Origin: Nitrospinota bacterium
GTDB lineage: Bacteria; UBA8248
Assembly (NCBI GenBank): GCA_030754595.1
Contig: JASLZZ010000013.1
Span: 1 to 63,048 of the forward strand
Reading direction: 5' to 3'
Length of the DNA stretch: 63,048 nucleotides
The position numbers and the translations under genes are program-made. Below are positions 56,856 to 63,048 of this stretch, in pieces. The notes below the pieces were generated by a model. That model was given only the letters and a program-made list of their open reading frames with translations, did no database searches and had not been told where the DNA came from. How positions within the stretch are numbered: the stretch's first letter is position 1; every line of letters starts with the position of its first letter.

Positions 56856-57617
56856 TTAGTTTCCCCCTGTTTTACCCGGGTTTTTTACTATTTTCTCCAA
56901 CAACTGGGAGAGAACCGGGTCTGAAAAAATTCGTAAACCTTCCACCACCAACCGCGCCACACGAGGAATGGAAATGCTGTGGCACCGTCGTTCGATCGCG
57001 GCAATAATTTTGGTCACGGCTTGCTTTTCTTTTATTTGTAAGGGGCTACGCACTTTTGCTCCCATCCCGGTAGCAGTGAGGCCCAAGTGAATGGTGGTAA
57101 ATGCGATTCCTTTTTTTGCGTATTGTCCTCTAAGGGATTCGAAGGAACGGCTCAGGGCCGCTTTGCTTGAGCAGTAGGCCACCCTTCGTGAATATCCTCT
57201 GAAAGAGGCGATCGAAGAAATGGCGACAAATTGCCCGCCTCCCAGGAGCTTGAACGCCGGAAGGAAGATTTCCACCCAACTCAATGCCCCGAATAAATTT
57301 ATATTTATCGTTTTTTTGTATTCATCGAATTTGAAATCCGCGCCTGGTGTTTCGAGCGCGACACCCGCATTTAGAATGATAACGCTAGGCTTGTAATTCG
57401 ATTCCTCCATTTCTTGCGCCGTTAACTGCACATCTCCGGAACGGGTAACGTCGCACCTAGAATAAAAAAATCGATTTTCGCCAAGTTCGCCCGCCAATTC
57501 TTCCAGCATCGTAACGCGCCGGGCGATTCCCCATACCCGGTTTCCTCTTCGGCACAACTCCCTTGTTAAAGCCTTTCCAAGACCGGACGAGGCGCCGGTG
57601 ATGAAGTAATCTGTCAT
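56856..57617 (-). CDS. Short-chain dehydrogenase/reductase
   Basis: TGASSGLG, NAG, YCSSK. Confidence 0.92.
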   Translation of the reverse strand: MTDYFITGASSGLGKALTRELCRRGNRVWGIARRVTMLEELAGELGENRFFYSRCDVTRSGDVQLTAQEMEESNYKPSVIILNAGVALETPGADFKFDEYKKTININLFGALSWVEIFLPAFKLLGGGQFVAISSIASFRGYSRRVAYCSSKAALSRSFESLRGQYAKKGIAFTTIHLGLTATGMGAKVRSPLQIKEKQAVTKIIAAIERRCHSISIPRVARLVVEGLRIFSDPVLSQLLEKIVKNPGKTGGN

Positions 57618-57800
57618 GGTGGCTTTAATCCTCTGGGAATGATCTCTGAGAGGGTAATATTAACTTGGCCCGGGTTCTCCGTTCGTTGGGGGAAACCCCT
57701 CGCCCGGCCAGTCTATAGAAAAATTAATCGTCAAATGTGAATTCCGGCAAAATTAAAATTCCATAGAGGTTATTTTAGGAACCGAAAAAATATCGGCCAA

Positions 57801-59411
57801 TTATGTGGTAATGGGTAACTTGTAATTCTCAAGTAGGGTCAGATCGCGCTCACATTCTGTGATCCCTTGTCGGATCTCCCATGTCAGGTTGGTCCCGACA
57901 TTTTTAAGATCGATAGACAGGTCGAAAAAATCCGACTTAGAATTTTGTGACCAGCACTGCGGAAAGGCGGTAGCTTTGTATGGTTTCAGACGCAACATGA
58001 CATAAAAAAATGCTTTAAACGCATCGAAGAACAGGGCACCTGATCGAATTCTCTTTAGCCGGCACTTGATGGCGCTCCATCTTAAAAAATAGCGGCTGTG
58101 AGATCTTTCGTAAAAAGAGAACACCTGGGAGGAGGTAACGGTAGGCAGCTTCAATAGAAAGGTCGAGAGTTCGTATTCCGACCATTCATCCGATACGAGT
58201 GATTTTTTTTCTTTGGCCCACTTGAAGAGTTGTGTTCCCGGATAAGGCGTATTGATGTGAAAATTAACGAGTTCAGCATCCAGTTCGAGGGCATACTGAA
58301 AAGAATCCTCCATGGATTCCGGTGTTTCGCCAACGTTTCCGAGGATAAATGAGGCACGAACGTCCAAACCACATTTTTGGGCAATTCGCACCGTCTCTTT
58401 GATTCGCTTGAGAGCTATCGGTTTGCGAAGAAATTCCAAGACCTTGTGGTTTCCGGACTCCACCCCCAGCAGCACTTGATGGCAGCCAGCCTCCTTCATG
58501 TTCCGGCCCATTTCTTCATTAAAGCAATCTGCGCGAATGTAGGCGGTCCAAACGATATCCAACTTCTCCTCTTTCATAAGCCAGCAGAATTCTTTTACAT
58601 TTTTCACCATTATGGTGAAAGTGTCGTCGAAAAATTCTACTTCACGGATTCCGTATGTGTGGTGGAGATAGCGGATATCCTCAACGACACTGCTCGCCGA
58701 GCGGGTCCGTAGGGTGGTGTTCGCCGAGTTGCAAAAGGTGCATTTTCCTGGGCAGCCCCTCGTCATCATCATGTTGATGCCGGGAATTCTCTTGTATGCC
58801 CCTATGGCCGGATAGTAGAGATGCATCGGGATCAGGTCGTAAGCGGGCCTCGGGTATTTGTCTAAATCCATAACGATATCATTGGGAGGATTCTGGACGA
58901 TGGAAGTGCCATTACTGTAGGAAACTCCGCGAACGGACTCCGGTTCCTGCGAACCAATGAGCTCAAGGAAAATTTCTTCCCCGTCACCTCTCACCACGAA
59001 ATCCACCGCGCTGTTGGCGAGGGTTTCTTCTTGAACGGCCTCGGCATGAACACCCCCGAAGACGACACGGCATCCAGGACAGGCTTCTTTGGCAATTCGG
59101 GCAATCTTGTGGGCTGGGACAGATGTGGCTGTTAAAACGGTGATCCCCACCCATTTGGGGTTGGCGCGCCGGATAGCTTCGCGAGTCTCGTGGCCCAGCA
59201 ACCGTTCCACATGGATGTCTAAAATTTGTACGGAATAGCCGCTGGTTCTGATATAAGCTGCGATGGATAGTATCGAAAGAGGTGGCATCGCATGCTTCAT
59301 TCCGGATCGAATATTATGAGTTTTCGAAACCCACGGAGGATTGATAAGAAGCACATCACAGGGATGGATATCTTTAGAGGTTGGCCCGATTGCGGCCACC
59401 GATTTTGTCAC
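57801..59411 (-). CDS. Cobalamin-binding-domain radical SAM enzyme
   Basis: LLINPP, PPLS, GGVHA, RGDGE B12 domain; RGCPGKCTFC cluster motif; PYPGT. Confidence 0.93.
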   Translation of the reverse strand: MTKSVAAIGPTSKDIHPCDVLLINPPWVSKTHNIRSGMKHAMPPLSILSIAAYIRTSGYSVQILDIHVERLLGHETREAIRRANPKWVGITVLTATSVPAHKIARIAKEACPGCRVVFGGVHAEAVQEETLANSAVDFVVRGDGEEIFLELIGSQEPESVRGVSYSNGTSIVQNPPNDIVMDLDKYPRPAYDLIPMHLYYPAIGAYKRIPGINMMMTRGCPGKCTFCNSANTTLRTRSASSVVEDIRYLHHTYGIREVEFFDDTFTIMVKNVKEFCWLMKEEKLDIVWTAYIRADCFNEEMGRNMKEAGCHQVLLGVESGNHKVLEFLRKPIALKRIKETVRIAQKCGLDVRASFILGNVGETPESMEDSFQYALELDAELVNFHINTPYPGTQLFKWAKEKKSLVSDEWSEYELSTFLLKLPTVTSSQVFSFYERSHSRYFLRWSAIKCRLKRIRSGALFFDAFKAFFYVMLRLKPYKATAFPQCWSQNSKSDFFDLSIDLKNVGTNLTWEIRQGITECERDLTLLENYKLPITT

Positions 59412-60067
59412 GGGTTTTCTCCTGCTACCATGGCGCCTTCCAGGTTATATAAGTTCTTGAGGTCAAAATTCGAAAAAAAATCGTGCCCCTAATTTTACGA
59501 CTCCAACATTAGGCCTTCCGATATCGTGGAATAAAATCTAATTCCTTGTCAGATAACTGGTGTCATTTTAGGGCAATAAGCGGTCTGGCTCAAGTTTGGG
59601 TAATTTTCCGTACATTTTCCCAAAATGGATCTCAATAACTGGTTGGGCCCGCCGATGTACCCAAAAAAATTAGGATAAACTCATCTGGAAGTAGACGTAT
59701 TTTCTCACGGGAAGTTCGGAAAGATATCTCTCACTCGGCCGGAACCAAACGGGTCGATATCGATTTCTCCGATCAGGGGAGAGTGAACGGGCAATTCCGA
59801 AAGTGAAAACTATCGAAGAAAAAATTAGAATTGAAGCCAATCCCTTTGCGGAGTCGTATGATTTGGCACCCTTAGAGAAACGATTCCAACACCTTGACGG
59901 CATTTTTTTCTTGAGGCCCAGTCCATGTTGTATTCGGAAACCCGAAAGAATTTTATGGAATAATTTTGCTATCGGTTTTGAACTTATGTATTTTTCTTTA
60001 TGTGTGATAAGGTCAGTTTAAGACTTGGCGATGAAAAGCAAAAAAGAGATGAAGCCAAGGAGGTAGT

Positions 60068-61600
60068 GTGAACCAACTGTCTCCGCTTTTAAGGTATTTT
60101 GGTCTTCCTCTGATTTTCGGTCTCACCTTTCCACAATCCTACATGTATACGGCGCCGCAGGCCGGCCATTTTATGCGCGGCCTCGCCTGGGGCGGGCACG
60201 GCCTTCTTAGCCGGGACTGGGTCATCAACACACCTTCTCCTCTGCCGGCCATCTCCGTTTTGATCATGACTACATATCGATATCTGGATGAATTCCTGTT
60301 TTATGTTTACTTTATATTTCTCGCCGGGGTTTATATTTATAGCCTACTTGGGATCGTAACCTCGCTTGAAGGAACCAAAAATTCAAAGCCGAAAATTCTC
60401 GTATTGTTTCTTGTGCTTGCATTAATGCATTCTCCTTTATTTGCACCCCACATCAGCAACTATACCCCGTCGTTTGTAGATCAATTTGTTTTTGCTTTTC
60501 GCACGGGGTTCGCCAAGCATTTTATTTTTAATGGCATGTTCTTGCCGAGTAACTTTGGCGCCCTTGTGTTCCTCTCGATTTTTTTGTGTTTGAAGCGAAG
60601 GTATTTAGCCGGGGCGATTACCGGATGTTTTGGCGCGGCGATTCATCCCGCGTATTTAATGAGTATGTGGTTCCTGGTATTGACCTACATGTGGTTCCAG
60701 GCGAGAGAAGAAAGAGATACTAAGGGGGCGATTCTTACGGGTGCCATTTCGTTGGCCCTGGTTTTGCCGAGCGTTCTGTATTCGCGAACGATTTTTCAGC
60801 CAACTTCGCCCGAGATATTTGAGCAGTCCCTGGATATTTTATTGGAAAGATTTCCTCATCAGGCGATTCCCTTATATTTTTTTGGGATAAATGATGCCAT
60901 GCAAATCGTGATCATTGGGGTGGGTCTTTTCCTTGCCCGGGGAACGAGATTGTTTCCTCTGTTGATGGTCCTTTCGGTAGCGACAGCGGCGCTATCCGGG
61001 ATTCAGATAATTACGGGAAATAAAATATTGGCATTGACCATTCCGTGGAGAATTTCCGTTTTTATCGTACCTATCTCAACTGCCTTGATTGCCGCTCGCT
61101 TGGTTAACTGCCTTTTTGAATGGTGCAGAATTGGCAAATCAGAACTTAAAAGATCAATCCGAATTAAAATTGTTTGCCTGATGGTCGCCCTTCCCGCATA
61201 TGGCGTAATCGCGACATACCGGAGCCACGCCGATTCTTTGCGGACTGCCTCCATCCCGGTGATGAACTTCGTAAAACAGTCCAGGGCATCGGGTGATTTA
61301 TATCTGATCCCCTTAAAGATGATCCGCTTTCGGTTATATGCCGGTGTTCCTATTTTGGTGGACTGGAATGTACCGCCTTTCGGCGACAGCAATATTGTCG
61401 AATGGCGAAGAAGGTATGATGCAGCAAAAAAGTTTCATGAATCACCGGATAATGGTTTTTCCTGCGGGCTTCTTCGAAAAATGGTTGGAAAATACAAAAT
61501 AACCCACGTTATTGTTTCTCGCAAAAAGAATCTCGTTTGTGAATTCGCCCTGAATTTATATCAAGACGACGATTATTCTAGTTTTCAGATAAGGCAATAA
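60068..61600 (+). CDS. Multi-pass membrane protein (DUF6798-like, possible GT-C-type)
   Basis: About 10 TM helices, then FRLYAGVPILVDW...EWRRR soluble tail; family assignment from memory. Confidence 0.6.
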   Translation: MNQLSPLLRYFGLPLIFGLTFPQSYMYTAPQAGHFMRGLAWGGHGLLSRDWVINTPSPLPAISVLIMTTYRYLDEFLFYVYFIFLAGVYIYSLLGIVTSLEGTKNSKPKILVLFLVLALMHSPLFAPHISNYTPSFVDQFVFAFRTGFAKHFIFNGMFLPSNFGALVFLSIFLCLKRRYLAGAITGCFGAAIHPAYLMSMWFLVLTYMWFQAREERDTKGAILTGAISLALVLPSVLYSRTIFQPTSPEIFEQSLDILLERFPHQAIPLYFFGINDAMQIVIIGVGLFLARGTRLFPLLMVLSVATAALSGIQIITGNKILALTIPWRISVFIVPISTALIAARLVNCLFEWCRIGKSELKRSIRIKIVCLMVALPAYGVIATYRSHADSLRTASIPVMNFVKQSRASGDLYLIPLKMIRFRLYAGVPILVDWNVPPFGDSNIVEWRRRYDAAKKFHESPDNGFSCGLLRKMVGKYKITHVIVSRKKNLVCEFALNLYQDDDYSSFQIRQ

Positions 61601-61665
61601 TTTGAATTTCACCGGAAAAATGAGGCCATGGGTTCGATCCGCGTCCACATTTCCTTTGGTCTTAA

Positions 61666-62002
61666 CCCGGATTTTTCAGATAGGTTCGTGATTTCCCCGC
61701 CATCCAAGATGATTACGGTTTATAATTTAACAAGTTAATTCTTCCTCTCACCCGGCGGTGGAGAACACCCGGTGGGTGAAGCCACGAAGAGCCCTCTGAA
61801 AGTCCATTTTGACCGCCGATTGAAGATTGAGTTCCGGGGAACCACCATCACTTCGGACGCTGGTTTGCTCGCTTTCCGGGAACTTGATGACGCCCTCGGG
61901 TTGACTGGAATGGCGGCCTCAAGGCTTACCGAATGCCGAAAGGGCAAGAACACTCAGCACGCACTCGTCGCTCTCCTTAGGCAATCAATCTTTGGACGGC
62001 TG
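61666..62002 (+). mobile_element. Truncated IS1380-family element (left end plus first 77 codons of transposase)
   Basis: CCCGGATTT end after TTAA; FDRRLKIEFRG..ITSDAGLL..RELD..LGL..LLRQSIFGRL, then similarity stops. Confidence 0.85.
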
Positions 62003-62242
62003 CAGCACTACGGACGCTGTATGACGGCGACAGACGCCAATAAGCAACTAGGTGAGCAGTTTCTTGATCTCAGCGAGCGCTGTCATCAGCAAATCAATGC
62101 TCACGCGACGGCGCGTTGGCACATTCAGTGAAAAGGGTTCTGCAGCTCAAACGTATGCACCATGGAATCTCGCGGTGGAGTACTTATGCTTTCGAGGTGC
62201 TGATTTTAGCTCGGCGCATGAGCCTTACAGCTAAATAGACAC

Positions 62243-62554
62243 ATGAACACGTCGGCACTCGAGGACATACAGAAAGCACTCAACGCCATCCGAGGCGAAA
62301 TTGAGCGCGTAGACGCCGAGACCAACTTGGCGGCCTTGGAGCTGATCATGGGCACGAGCCAAAGCGTTGTGGCGATGGCACGCAAACTCACCACGCCCAA
62401 GCTAAAGACGCGTACTGTCATCGTGCCAAAGGAGAAAGTGGTAAAAGCGGAACCGCGCCAAGAGAAGGTGTCGAAGACAGACGACGAACCGCGATCGCTC
62501 GAGCCCATCCAACCCAAACCACCGTTGCCTAATCAACGCGTCGGCGAGGCGTGA
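62243..62554 (+). CDS. Hypothetical protein
   Basis: 103-aa ORF with helical N-terminus and charged tail; no recognisable motif. Confidence 0.4.
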   Translation: MNTSALEDIQKALNAIRGEIERVDAETNLAALELIMGTSQSVVAMARKLTTPKLKTRTVIVPKEKVVKAEPRQEKVSKTDDEPRSLEPIQPKPPLPNQRVGEA

Positions 62555-62720
62555 TCATAGAAACGATTCAAAAGCGCACGGTTTGTGTTAGCTGACAGAC
62601 TTAGTTGACGGAGGGGCTGACAGACTATGTGAGGGGGTAATCAAAAATGATAAAGACCAGACTATTCAAAAACGTAATTTCCTCAAGCGCAACCCGATAC
62701 TCCAAAATATCATACCAATA

Positions 62721-63048
62721 TCAGTTGTCTATTCTTGGTCTTAACCTAACTGACCCTATTCTTTTATAAAGCTGGAATGCGGCTACCACTATTGAAATTG
62801 GTAATAATAACTGGAGACCTAGCGCGAAATAATTAAATATTATTTCGTTAATAAGTGCGGTTGAACCTATAACTACTGCAGTTATTCCTACCTGAAAATA
62901 GTAGTAAATGAAAATTAGATCGATCGTTGTTAATTTTAAGGGTTGAGGTTTTTCCGTCGAGAAATATAACGCAATTCCAGCTAAGAATGTAGTCGTCAAA
63001 ATACCCAAAGCTAAATTAGACTCTTTAAAAGGGAGAAAGGTCGTATAG
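62721..63048 (-). CDS. C-terminal TM region of a membrane protein, possibly a pentameric ligand-gated ion channel (partial)
   Basis: Frame open to window edge: YTTFLPFKESNLALGILTTTFLAGIALYFSTEKPQPLKLTTIDLIFIYYYF then further hydrophobic helices. Confidence 0.55.
   Translation of the reverse strand, partial: YTTFLPFKESNLALGILTTTFLAGIALYFSTEKPQPLKLTTIDLIFIYYYFQVGITAVVIGSTALINEIIFNYFALGLQLLLPISIVVAAFQLYKRIGSVRLRPRIDN

Noticed and set aside
61626..61650. GGTTCGATCC resembling a tRNA T-loop or att site
   Set aside because: Poor T-stem pairing, no acceptor stem and no match to tRNA-Phe

Overview
GC-rich bacterial chromosomal segment (lower GC at about 1-5,000 and 54,000-63,048 by eye; taxonomy cannot be fixed from the window). 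Its centre is two respiratory complex I operons in tandem. The first is a complete 14-gene nuoA-N set (25,716-40,492). The second has 10 genes, nuoABCDHJKLMN (40,673-50,380), lacks nuoE, F, G and I, and its NuoL carries an exact 26-residue duplication in the lateral helix. That duplication is the signature of 'two-NuoM' complexes, yet this operon has only one nuoM. Right after it lies an ORF-less unit with sigma54 promoter architecture, a structured RNA of about 255 nt and a terminator (candidate new sRNA). The left arm holds an IS3 end inserted in an EVE gene, scpAB, an orphan CoA-transferase-like beta subunit without the catalytic Glu, a Tat-signal protein ending in a Hint/BIL domain, catabolic genes (ThDP enzyme, cysteine hydrolase, nitrilase, three amidohydrolases), MFS/DMT transporters and several recently broken genes. 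The right arm holds HAD/VOC/AIR-synthase-like/YtoQ genes, tRNA-Phe and a lower-GC island (GT2, SDR, B12 radical SAM, membrane proteins, IS1380 remnant, C-terminus of a possible pentameric ligand-gated channel). A 109-bp MITE occurs twice. No CRISPR array or rRNA was seen. All calls come from reading the sequence and recalled motifs; no searches were run.
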